Shown here in pieces: positions 43,902-52,913 of a stretch of 64,000 nucleotides of DNA. Position numbers and translations under genes: made by a program. A model generated the notes under the pieces. It had not been told where the DNA came from. It did no database searches and was given only the letters and a program-made list of their open reading frames with translations. Origin of the DNA: Planctomycetia bacterium (GTDB lineage Bacteria > Planctomycetota > Planctomycetia > Pirellulales > PNKZ01); NCBI GenBank assembly GCA_021413845.1, contig JAIOPP010000100.1, positions 44,165 through 108,164 of the forward strand, in the 5' to 3' direction. Numbering within the stretch: position 1 is the first letter of the stretch; the number at the start of each line of letters is the position of its first letter.

Positions 43902-45219
43902 AGGGCCGGCCTTTCCGCTCATCGCCTTGGAAGAAAGCCAGATACGTCATCACGTCGGACGGTAGGAATTCGTGTTCGCTCGGAGCCAGCACCGTTTGCC
44001 GATGCACGCGCCGCCATGTGCCGGAGTTGAAATAGTTTTGGTTGAGGACGTAACCCTCGGCGTAGCTCGCGTCGAGGGCCACGTTCTCGGCATAGTGCGT
44101 GTGTCCATATACGATATGCTTCGCGCGACGGTTGCGAAAGTCTTGTTCGGCCAACGCATGGGTCGCGTAGGAGTCGTTCGACTGGCCGCGCAAGCCGTTC
44201 ACGTAAAGCAGCAGATCGGCGGCCCATTTCGTCGAGATGCGCTTGCTGAACTTCAAGAGCCGTTGCAAGTTGTCGACGACATCGTTCGGGTTCCAGGTGT
44301 CGCGCTCGCGCACGTAGGAAAGATCGAGGAAGTCGTCGGCCAGGCGGTCCCAAATGAGCTTCACGCGCTTGCGCAGTTCGGGAAACGCGCAGGTTCGTTC
44401 GAGGATGCCGTCGACCCAAACAGGCACGAGCAGCAACGGCCGGACGTTGTCGATTTCCCGCAGGCCTGCGAACGTGGCGTCGGGCAAGTCGCCCCCCATC
44501 TCGGCTTCGACTTGTGCGGGGAATCGGTTCAGAAGCTCGATGACGATCGAGTCGCCGAGGCTGCTCGTGTTGCGATCTCCTTCGAAGTTGAACGGATCGT
44601 AGATGTCGCCGTGGCGACCGAACATCTTATGCGCGCGCATCGCGGCGAGAATCGTTTCGCTCTCGTTCGGATCGTGCGGAAACGGTTGATCGGCCCGATT
44701 CGAGAGGCCCATGTGGCGCACGATCGATTGGCGGAGCAGATCGTAGCTCGGGCCGGGCAAGCGAAAGAACCAGTCGTGGTTGCCGACCATGTAATGAATG
44801 TTCACTTTTACCGGCTGCTCTTCGCGAGTGAACGCAGGTCTGCCGAGCGCATCTGCCGGCGCAAGACGAATCACGTTCTCGGTGGCGAGGCGGCGCAAGA
44901 CGGTGAGCGAAGCTTCGTTATGCTTGAGAATGCCGGCCGTAATCTGAGTGACCATCTCGATGTATTCGGGCTTCGACGAATCGCTCCACGGGCGAACGTC
45001 TTTGCTTTTAAGCCAACGCGTGGAACGAATGACGTCGAGCACGTCGCCGAGTAGCACGACGTCGAGCTGTTCGATCGGTCGATAGGAGCCGTCGGCTCGT
45101 TGCGATGCGGCGCAGGCAAGATCTTGCAGACGCTCGGCAAAGACGTCGAACGCCCCGGCCGAAATCGTGGCGCCGCTGGTGCCGTCGGTGAGGTGAAGAT
45201 CGCTGATGACGACGAGCAT
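43723..45219 (-). CDS. Calcineurin-like metallophosphoesterase-fold protein
   Basis: SDLH, LGD..D, GNHD, HGD, GHTH, NSGTW. Confidence 0.85.
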   Translation of the reverse strand: MLVVISDLHLTDGTSGATISAGAFDVFAERLQDLACAASQRADGSYRPIEQLDVVLLGDVLDVIRSTRWLKSKDVRPWSDSSKPEYIEMVTQITAGILKHNEASLTVLRRLATENVIRLAPADALGRPAFTREEQPVKVNIHYMVGNHDWFFRLPGPSYDLLRQSIVRHMGLSNRADQPFPHDPNESETILAAMRAHKMFGRHGDIYDPFNFEGDRNTSSLGDSIVIELLNRFPAQVEAEMGGDLPDATFAGLREIDNVRPLLLVPVWVDGILERTCAFPELRKRVKLIWDRLADDFLDLSYVRERDTWNPNDVVDNLQRLLKFSKRISTKWAADLLLYVNGLRGQSNDSYATHALAEQDFRNRRAKHIVYGHTHYAENVALDASYAEGYVLNQNYFNSGTWRRVHRQTVLAPSEHEFLPSDVMTYLAFFQGDERKGRPYETWTGTLGISTTENIVRRLDPADTAVRGQSVSSSALQGRAPHFATGPGKSAGAPVRRK

Positions 45220-45370
45220 GGCAACTTCCCTGTTGCAGTTCGGAGGGCGTTCGAGCGGACATGCCGACGAGCGCGAGCTTGCTACTCATCCGAAACTATC
45301 GACCTGGTCGACTTGAGGAGTTGAGAAGATTTTCCGATCGTAGCGAACATAAGGCCGCCGGCGCAGCAAG

Positions 45371-45412
45371 CGGGCGTCTGCCGCGAGCAGGAAAGCTCAC
45401 GGCAGACGCCCG
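45371..45412. repeat. Long GC-rich hairpin downstream of the 45448 gene
   Basis: CGGGCGTCTGCCG/CGGCAGACGCCCG (13 bp) plus inner GAGC/GCTC; no U-run. Confidence 0.7.
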
Positions 45413-45447
45413 ATGAAGAACAGCAAGTCTCAGTTACCGCGGCGGAA

Positions 45448-47469
45448 TTACTTCGCCGGCGAGAACCGGAAGAATTTATTGCCGGTCGTCGTGAAGTAGA
45501 TCTCGCCGGCTTCGTCTTCGCCGAATGAGACAACCGGCAAAACGTTGCCTTTGATTTCTTGGTTTGCCAGCACCTTCTGCTTCGTAGCATCGTAGGCGAG
45601 GGCCCACACGGTTCCGCGAACGTAGTCGGCGTAGATATACTTTCCTTGCAGTGCCGGCACTTTCGAGCCGCGATAGACGGAGCCGCCGGTGATCGAGCGA
45701 CCGAGATCGTGGTGGTATTCCCAAATCGGCTCGATGTATTCCGGCTTCGGTTGCGAACCCTCAGGTCGGAACTGGTGCATCCCTTCGCGCTTGTTCCAGC
45801 CGTAGTTGCCGCCGCGAACGATGATGTCGATCTCTTCCCAAATGTCTTGGCCCACGTCGGCGGCCCACAGCGCACCGGTTTTGCGATCGAACGCGAGCCG
45901 CCAAATGTTGCGGATCCCGTAAGCCCAGATTTCGCCTCGGGCATCTTTCCGGCCGACAAACGGATTATCTTTCGGTACCGCGTAGCCGAGCCCTTCGTCT
46001 TGATGATCGACATCCAATCGCAAGATCGAGCCGTTCAGCGTTGCGAGATTTTGGCCGTTCTTTTCCGGATCGTTGAACAAGCCCCCGTCGCCCAGAGCGA
46101 TGTAAAGCATGCCGTCGGGCCCGAAGGCGATCGTGCCGCCGTTGTGGTTCCAGAACGGCTGCGGGATGCGGATGACTTCTTTTTCGGTCGCAGGGTCGGC
46201 AGTCGCCGCACCGGCCGACGCAGCATGGAAGCGGGAAACGACCGAGGTGTGCGCCGGCGCGTCTTTCTTCGTGTAGAACACGAAGAACTGCCCGTTGTCT
46301 TTAAACTTCGGATGGAATGCGAAGCCGAGGAAGCCTTCCTCGTTTTCGGTATCTTTGTAAGTCACGTGCTTTTGGAAATCGAACCAGAGCTTCGGTTCCG
46401 CGGCATCGTCGGCCTTGTCGATCACATAGATGTTGCCGAGTTGCGAAGCGACGAAAAGCCGGCCGCTGCCGTCGCCGGCGTGCGTGATGACGATTGGGCG
46501 TTGGATCTCGTCTTCGAGCTTCGGGAAGGCCGGCTCGATCGCCACTCCGGCCAACGGCGAAGCGTCGACATCGGTCGGTGCGCCGGAAACGATCGAAACG
46601 CCGACCATCTTGCCGGCCGTCAGGTCGGGGATCAGGAGTTGGCCGCTTTTCGGGTTGAGTGTGAGATCGGCCGGGCCGGTGAGGGTCGGGCCATGTTTCA
46701 CGGCCGGGCCTTTGCCGCCGCGAAGGATCGAGAGCGTCCCCTTGCCGACTTGCGTGACGTAGATGTTGTTATCGAAATCGCGCGCAATGCCGTCGCCGGT
46801 TTCCAACCCGTCGGCGATCAACTCCAGCGCGCCATCTTTCAAGCTCAATCGGTTGAGTTCGCCGCTGCCGTAGTCGAGCACCAAGAGATGGTCCGGGCCG
46901 TCCATCAAGAGCCCATTGGGAGTCTTGATCTTCGGATTTTTGGAATCGACGACGGTCGACACTTTGCCGTCGGCCGCGATCTTATAGATGGCCCCTCCGG
47001 CCCCCTTCAGGTCTCCCGAATCGGAGACGTAGAGATTACCGGCGGCATCCGCTTCGATGTCGTTTAAGAACAGCGGCGGCACGGGAAACGCGTCGGCGGC
47101 GGCGAAGACTTCTTTGCCCCCTTTCGTGCCGATGCGTAAGACCTTCTTGTTGTCGGTGACGAACAGTTGTTCGCCGATGTAAACCATCCCCTTCGGGTCG
47201 TCGAGACCGTCGGCGAGGGTCTTCTTGTCGGCGCCGCTGATGATCGTGATCTTGCCGTCACCGTCTTTGCCGAACTCGCCGATCTCGGACACTGCGATGG
47301 TGAACGTCGGGAATGTCTTCGCATAGCTGACGCCGACTGCGATCGACTCCGGGTTCTTTAATTCCGCCGCCAGTGGCGTGACGACCGGTTCCGTAGCTTG
47401 CACGACGGCTGCCGGCGGCAAGCTGCCGATGAACGCCGCGACGAATATCCGACTTAATGAAAATTTCAT
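45448..47469 (-). CDS. Secreted fusion: SMP-30/gluconolactonase-like propeller plus PQQ glucose/sorbosone dehydrogenase domain
   Basis: Signal peptide; FLNDIEAD, PNGL, DGIA; then NHNGGTIAFGPDG, YGIRNIWR, DVGQDIWEE, SITGG. Confidence 0.88.
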   Translation of the reverse strand: MKFSLSRIFVAAFIGSLPPAAVVQATEPVVTPLAAELKNPESIAVGVSYAKTFPTFTIAVSEIGEFGKDGDGKITIISGADKKTLADGLDDPKGMVYIGEQLFVTDNKKVLRIGTKGGKEVFAAADAFPVPPLFLNDIEADAAGNLYVSDSGDLKGAGGAIYKIAADGKVSTVVDSKNPKIKTPNGLLMDGPDHLLVLDYGSGELNRLSLKDGALELIADGLETGDGIARDFDNNIYVTQVGKGTLSILRGGKGPAVKHGPTLTGPADLTLNPKSGQLLIPDLTAGKMVGVSIVSGAPTDVDASPLAGVAIEPAFPKLEDEIQRPIVITHAGDGSGRLFVASQLGNIYVIDKADDAAEPKLWFDFQKHVTYKDTENEEGFLGFAFHPKFKDNGQFFVFYTKKDAPAHTSVVSRFHAASAGAATADPATEKEVIRIPQPFWNHNGGTIAFGPDGMLYIALGDGGLFNDPEKNGQNLATLNGSILRLDVDHQDEGLGYAVPKDNPFVGRKDARGEIWAYGIRNIWRLAFDRKTGALWAADVGQDIWEEIDIIVRGGNYGWNKREGMHQFRPEGSQPKPEYIEPIWEYHHDLGRSITGGSVYRGSKVPALQGKYIYADYVRGTVWALAYDATKQKVLANQEIKGNVLPVVSFGEDEAGEIYFTTTGNKFFRFSPAK

Positions 47470-47692
47470 GGTTGAGTTCTCGAGAGACTAGGGCGATGCA
47501 AAGCGCGGTGTCGGGGATCGGAACCGCCGACACGGAAACGAGATAATACGTCGTCGCGCGGTGAGTTGCTAGCGGTTTCAGCGCCGGATCGTGTCGGAAC
47601 GGGAATGATTTGCTTGTCTTTCCCCTGCTGACTTCTAGACTGAAACTCGCATGCTGTTTTGGGTTGCCAACGATCTTGTCGAAGGGTTGCCG

Positions 47693-48445
47693 ATGTTTTC
47701 TATGTGGGTAAAGCGGACCGTCATTGCGGTGGCTGTGTTGGGTGGCTTGGCAGTAACCGGAGCGATCGTCGTATCCGGATCGGTGCGGGGCTTCATCGAA
47801 GGCTTTCGACCTGGGCCGGAAGTCGGCGACACGGCGTTAACAGCTTCGGAACTGATTCCGGCCCTCGAAACGAAGCCGCCGGCGGGCGTTGCGCCCGTTG
47901 CCGCGGAGCAGGTCGCCCAGGCCGCGATCGAACACGAGGGGATTTTCCCGGTCGTGGTTCGGGCCGAGGTCGGCGGTAAGCCGGCCGAGATGCGATTGAC
48001 CGGCCAAGCGATTCGCAAAGCGTTCGGAATCAAATTCTATAAGATCGGCAGCTATTGTTGCGAAACGATCTCCCCGACGAATGTCGATGCACTTGCCGCC
48101 GCCGACGTGCCGAAGCAACTGCTGCTGGTCATGGAACGGGATGTTTCAGAGGCGGTATTGTCGCGCAGTTTTCGCGAGACGTTCGAGAAGAATGATCCCG
48201 ACAAGAAGTTCGTGAAAGAGATTCAAACGATGCTCGATTACATGACGAGCAGCCCTTTGAAAAAGGGAGAGCATGTCCTGATCACGCACTTGCCTCAGAC
48301 CGGTGTTTCGGTTCGCGGGCGCAATCAAGATCCGATTACGGTCGACAACCCCGCGTTTGCGGAAGTCGTGTGGAACGTCTACATGGGCCCAAAGGGAGTG
48401 AGCGACGAGCTACGAACGGGGCTAGGAACAAGGCTGAAAAAATAG
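47693..48445 (+). CDS. Chalcone isomerase-like family protein
   Basis: LTGQAIRKAFGIKFYKIGSY...FAEVVWNVYMG...LRTGL; N-terminal TM. Confidence 0.75.
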   Translation: MFSMWVKRTVIAVAVLGGLAVTGAIVVSGSVRGFIEGFRPGPEVGDTALTASELIPALETKPPAGVAPVAAEQVAQAAIEHEGIFPVVVRAEVGGKPAEMRLTGQAIRKAFGIKFYKIGSYCCETISPTNVDALAAADVPKQLLLVMERDVSEAVLSRSFRETFEKNDPDKKFVKEIQTMLDYMTSSPLKKGEHVLITHLPQTGVSVRGRNQDPITVDNPAFAEVVWNVYMGPKGVSDELRTGLGTRLKK

Positions 48446-48513
48446 ACGTCGTATCGTAGCGTCACCAGCCCCCTCCTTCGCTTGCGTTTTCGGCGACAAA
48501 CCTCTGCCGCCTC

Positions 48514-50676
48514 TCACGGCCGTCGGCGAATCTTCACGCCGCCGCTTTCAAACACGACGGGCCATGAGCTTCGCACGATCTCCGGTGCCGGGCGGCCGGC
48601 ATCTTCCACGACGTATTCGACCGGCACTTCCTTCAATACGAAGTCGATCGTCTCGTCGTCCGGCTCGGTATAGAACTTCTTTCGCCCACGGCTGCGCCGA
48701 TACACCTCTTCGGGCGCGATGAAACCGTTGGAAAATGTGTAGTCTTCGCGCCCTTCGTAGTACATCGTTCGCCCGGCAAGGTTCGAGCCGAGCGTGAAGT
48801 GGCGTTTGTAGATGAATGAAACGGCATCGCTGCGCGCGGCATCGCGAATCTCGCAATCGCTCCAAGGATGTAGGATCACGCTGCCGTACGGAATGTTTTC
48901 TCGCATATATGCCAAGGCTTGCATCTGCTCCGGCGTTACTTCGAGATACGTGGTTGCCGGGGCAAGATGTTCGGCCGTAACGGTGACGAGCCAATAACCG
49001 GCGACGGCGAGCAGAGCCCAAGTGGAGCGTTGTTTCCACGCCGCGCGATGGGTAACGCAGTCTAATAGCACGCCGGACCCGAGCGTGGCAAGGAGCCAAG
49101 AGCCGAATTCCGTCGGACGATAAAGGTTCGGCGAACTCCACCATTGCCCACCGGCCGTAATGCCGACATCGACGACCCACGGGACCGTAAACCCGATCAG
49201 CGCTGCGGCTGCGATGATCTGCTCGCTCGCGCGTAACGTCCCTTTGCGGCGACGTTCAACGAGATGTGCGACGCCGAGAATCGCAATATGCACGAAACGG
49301 CAAAAGACATACACGACGAGCCCAATCGTGTAGACGACCTGTGCCGTAACCCGTTGATACCACGCCACGGGAGCCGGCGGGATCGCCATGTCGGAACTGG
49401 GCGGCGAGGTTTCTTTCTTCGAGGGCTTCCGTTTCCAGTGATCGAGATTCGCGAGCACATGGCCGACGGTGTCGTCGTCGGCCAGGCGCGATTGCCAAGT
49501 GTTGCGATAAGAATCGCCGAACACGTTGTCGACGACGATGCGCGGCGGAGCGATCGGACGCTCGCCCAGGTAGAGAAGTTGCAGCGAACCGAAGGCGACG
49601 ATCCCCATCAGCGCGGGAACGACAAGGCGACTCGCCGGCAATCGCATTCGCTTCGAGGTTCGTCGTCGCGTGAGATCGGCGACGAAGCCGACACCTCCCC
49701 AGAGACCGATCGCGCCGAGCATGAGAAAAGCATGAAATGCCTCGAAGCAGGGCATCGTGCCGATAAGCACGATCGATAACGCCACCCAGCATTTGCGTCC
49801 GGAGGCTAGAAAGCGGTCGAGCGCGAGTAGCCCCAGCAGAGTCGCGGCCGGTGTGATGTCGAGCGGCTTGAGTGCTGGTGTGACGCTGGTGAGCCCATAG
49901 ATCAAAAGAGCGATACAACCGGCCGCATACGACTTCAACACCCTGCGCGCGAAGGCGAGGATCGCAAGCCCGTTGATGACGATGCCGAGCGTCGGCACGT
50001 AGAACCAGAACCCCGAAAGGTAAGGGATGCCGGCTTCGGAACCTAAACCGTTGAGCTTTGCGGAAAAGAGGTGGGGAAAGTAATGGCTCGGGAACTTGTG
50101 GCCTGCGAAACGGAGACAGTCGGGAGGCACATCGTGGATGAGTGCCGCACACGACATCATATTCGTCGTCTTATCGGTGAACGCCGCACCATAGAGCCGG
50201 AGTCGCGAGCCGTCGAAATCGAAGAGAGGAACCGTGCGCACGAGGTAGTAGCACACGAGCATAGCGATAATGACATAGCCTGCCGCTTCCCATGAACTGT
50301 GCAAACGGGGAAGACGCAAATAGCTCTGAAAGTTCTTCGCCGTCCGACCTTCGCGAATCTTCGCTCGATCCCTAGCCATCAGGATGAGGAGGGCGCTCGC
50401 GATGAAAACCAACTCGAACGTGAAAGCGAGCGAAGCAGGCTCTCCTGCCGACTGCGCAGCCAGTGCGCCCCAAGAAACGAAGCAGTTAAAGAGCACCCCA
50501 AGTAGCCCAACCGTGGCCCAACGCTCGGCGCGGCATCCGCTTCGCAAGCGAAACAGCTTCGTCAGCAGCCAGCCGGGCAAGGCGACGTCGAGCAGGCATT
50601 GCACCGCGAACTCGAGTGAGTAGCCCCAATTCCAATGAGGCACGAGCGCAGCGAGATCGAGCGAGGCTGGTTCCAT
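48514..50676 (-). CDS. Large polytopic membrane hypothetical protein (possible GT-C fold)
   Basis: More than 10 TM helices and a soluble C-terminal domain; likely ATG 50676 (MEPASL). Confidence 0.7.
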   Translation of the reverse strand: MEPASLDLAALVPHWNWGYSLEFAVQCLLDVALPGWLLTKLFRLRSGCRAERWATVGLLGVLFNCFVSWGALAAQSAGEPASLAFTFELVFIASALLILMARDRAKIREGRTAKNFQSYLRLPRLHSSWEAAGYVIIAMLVCYYLVRTVPLFDFDGSRLRLYGAAFTDKTTNMMSCAALIHDVPPDCLRFAGHKFPSHYFPHLFSAKLNGLGSEAGIPYLSGFWFYVPTLGIVINGLAILAFARRVLKSYAAGCIALLIYGLTSVTPALKPLDITPAATLLGLLALDRFLASGRKCWVALSIVLIGTMPCFEAFHAFLMLGAIGLWGGVGFVADLTRRRTSKRMRLPASRLVVPALMGIVAFGSLQLLYLGERPIAPPRIVVDNVFGDSYRNTWQSRLADDDTVGHVLANLDHWKRKPSKKETSPPSSDMAIPPAPVAWYQRVTAQVVYTIGLVVYVFCRFVHIAILGVAHLVERRRKGTLRASEQIIAAAALIGFTVPWVVDVGITAGGQWWSSPNLYRPTEFGSWLLATLGSGVLLDCVTHRAAWKQRSTWALLAVAGYWLVTVTAEHLAPATTYLEVTPEQMQALAYMRENIPYGSVILHPWSDCEIRDAARSDAVSFIYKRHFTLGSNLAGRTMYYEGREDYTFSNGFIAPEEVYRRSRGRKKFYTEPDDETIDFVLKEVPVEYVVEDAGRPAPEIVRSSWPVVFESGGVKIRRRP

Positions 50677-50764
50677 GACATCCGTGCGAGCGGCGGAACG
50701 ATCGGGATCGGCCCGAAAGGTAACACGCCGGCCGCACCGCGAGCAATCGGACTCGAGTAGGCGC

Positions 50765-50803
50765 AAAAAAAGCCGGCTTCTCGGCGGGAATCGAGAAGCC
50801 GGC
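50765..50803 (-). terminator. Intrinsic terminator with no protein gene upstream on this strand
   Basis: 12-bp stem GCCGGCTTCTCG/CGAGAAGCCGGC followed by T7 on the minus strand. Confidence 0.85.
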
Positions 50804-51090
50804 CGTGTTGCAATCGGGAACCGTCCGACGTTTAACCCGTCGGGCAACTCACCATGTCGAACTCATGAAGCGGAGGCGAACGGTGGAAACAAAGTCGAAC
50901 TCACGCGGCCCTGATTACGCGGAAGTAGCAATCCTTTGCGTTACGAACACCTATCTGCGTCACGGAACATCGTGGCCGGCCGTTGCGAAGTCGACTGCGA
51001 ATCAAGAACCGCTGCGTACTCTCCTACATGTGCTGTCGTCTGAACTCCGAAGCCTGCGACCGTTGCGGATCGCCGGCTTCGGCTGAAAAA
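50765..51090 (-). ncRNA. Candidate structured sRNA or leader (unassigned)
   Basis: Several hairpins ending in a strong terminator; no convincing ORF. Confidence 0.35.
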
Positions 51091-51500
51091 GCGATTCTCT
51101 CGTCGCGCAAAACTTGGCAGCGCGGTAGCCCTATTGCCTGCGGAAAAGGAACGAAAATAGATGTGATTTCACCGAGCGGCGATGCTTTTTCAAGCGGCCC
51201 TGCTCGGTGCTTTGGAAGATATCAGGCTTTCGATCGATTGCAAGAAATTGCCGGCTGGAATTCGCCTAACAGTCAACGGTCATCCAGTATGCGCCATCGG
51301 CAGTCCCGCTAGACGCGACCCAAGACGAACGATCGCTCTGATTCCTATCGGAACATGTACCAGGCGTTTAGCTCGACGAAGTTGTGCGACAAGCGGTCGC
51401 CCGGTTGCTTAGCTCGCTTCGCTCGGCCACAATAACTCGCTCGGCGAAACTGGCGCTCGAAGATAGTTTGCCGAATTCCCACCGGAGCGATGCACCCCTG

Positions 51501-51791
51501 ATGAAACTCGTCCCTTTAAACGATTACGTTGTCATTCGTCCGCAAGCGGCCGAAGTCGAAACCGCCGGCGGCATCGTCTTGCCCGACTCGGCGCAAGAGC
51601 AGTCTTTCCAGGGACGCGTGCTAGCGGTCGGCGATGGGCTCCGGTTCGACGGCTCGCAGAATCGAAGCGCCTGCCAAGTGCAAGAAGGGGATCGGATCCT
51701 CTATTCTCGCTACGCTGGTTCGCCGGTCACGGTCAATGGAGAAGAGCTCATCATCATGAGCGAGCGACAAATTCTCGCGATCTTGCGATAA
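51501..51791 (+). CDS. groES: Co-chaperonin GroES (stand-alone paralogue)
   Basis: MKLVPLNDYVVI...TAGGIVLPDSAQE...VGDG...YAGS...ILAI. Confidence 0.95.
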   Translation: MKLVPLNDYVVIRPQAAEVETAGGIVLPDSAQEQSFQGRVLAVGDGLRFDGSQNRSACQVQEGDRILYSRYAGSPVTVNGEELIIMSERQILAILR

Positions 51792-51983
51792 ATCGCCTCT
51801 TTCCGCTGAATCGGCGATGTTCCTACCGTCGCCTCTCCGTTGAATTCTGCCCCCTCGTAGACCGATGCTTTCGACACTGCTCCCGAGTACAATACCGGGC
51901 GTCGTTCGTTTCGGGTGCCGGGGCACGCATCGGGCCGCCGCTGGAATTCCGACGAACCGTTTCATCTCCGAAAGGTTGCGGAA

Positions 51984-52826
51984 ATGCGGTTCGTCCGCAA
52001 AGACGGCGGCGTCTATCAGGCCGAAAGCAACCATGTGAACTACGAAACGTGCATCACGATCATGGCGTTCGTCGAAGCCAACAAAGACGGCCGCTATACG
52101 AAGCTGATCAAAGGGGCCGAGAAGTACGTCAAAGAGTTGCAATGGGATGAGAGTGAAGGAAAGGACAAGAGCTCGACCGAATACGGCGGCGCCGGCTACG
52201 GCCGTAGCAAACGGCCCGACCTCTCGAACACCACCTTCTTGATCGACGCGCTGAAGGCTGCCGGAGCGGGCCCTGACGACGAAGCGTTGAAGAAGGCGCT
52301 CGTATTCGTCTCGCGCTGCCAGAATCTCGAAACGGAATACAACACGACGGAATTCAGCGCTAAGAATCCCGACGGCGGCTTTTACTACACGCCGGCAGCC
52401 GGCGGATCGAGCCAAGCCGGAAAGACCGAGCAAGGGGGCCTGCGCAGCTATGCGTCGATGACCTATGCCGGGCTCAAGAGCATGATCTTCGCGGGGCTCG
52501 GCTCGAACGACCCGCGTGTGAAAGCGGCGACCGAATGGCTGCAAAAGAACTACGCCTTAGATACGAATCCGGGCATGGGGCAAGCGGGGCTGTTCTACTA
52601 CTACCACACCTTCGCCAAGACGCTCGACGCACTCGGGAAGGAGACGTTTACCGATTCCGCGGGTATGGCGCATGCATGGCGCATCGATCTGGCAAAGGTC
52701 TTGGTCGAACGGCAAAACGCCGACGGATCTTGGACGAATAAAGAAGCGCGGTGGATGGAAGGGGATCCGAACCTGGTGACCGGCTACGCCTTGCTGGCGA
52801 TGGCCTACCTTCATCCGGCGAAGTAG
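51984..52826 (+). CDS. Prenyltransferase/squalene-cyclase repeat (alpha/alpha toroid) protein, apparently lacking its N-terminus
   Basis: DLSNT, SRCQN, DGGFYY, SYASMTYAGLKS, RQNADGSW; begins directly at a KDGG repeat. Confidence 0.75.
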   Translation: MRFVRKDGGVYQAESNHVNYETCITIMAFVEANKDGRYTKLIKGAEKYVKELQWDESEGKDKSSTEYGGAGYGRSKRPDLSNTTFLIDALKAAGAGPDDEALKKALVFVSRCQNLETEYNTTEFSAKNPDGGFYYTPAAGGSSQAGKTEQGGLRSYASMTYAGLKSMIFAGLGSNDPRVKAATEWLQKNYALDTNPGMGQAGLFYYYHTFAKTLDALGKETFTDSAGMAHAWRIDLAKVLVERQNADGSWTNKEARWMEGDPNLVTGYALLAMAYLHPAK

Positions 52827-52845
52827 CGAAAGCGAGCGGAGCCAC

Positions 52846-52881
52846 GGAGCGCATGGCGTTCGGCCATGCGCTCCTTTTTTT
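52846..52881 (+). terminator. Intrinsic terminator
   Basis: GGAGCGCATGGC/GCCATGCGCTCC stem followed by T7. Confidence 0.85.
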
Positions 52882-52913
52882 GTCACGACATTTCAGCGAG
52901 ACGGAGTTCGACG

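Noticed and set aside
51394..51410. GG-N10-GC sigma54-like site before groES (CGGTCGCCCGGTTGCT)
   Set aside because: The -24 half is poor and this is likely by chance in GC-rich DNA.
50805..51412. Short plus-strand ORFs upstream of groES; tRNA, tmRNA or c-di-GMP riboswitch in this gap
   Set aside because: The ORFs lack RBSs and motifs. I found no cloverleaf/T-loop, tag-peptide ending or GEMM consensus.
51450..51476. Possible CIRCE upstream of groES (CTGGCGCTC...TTTGCCGA)
   Set aside because: The right arm and spacing do not fit TTAGCACTC-N9-GAGTGCTAA.
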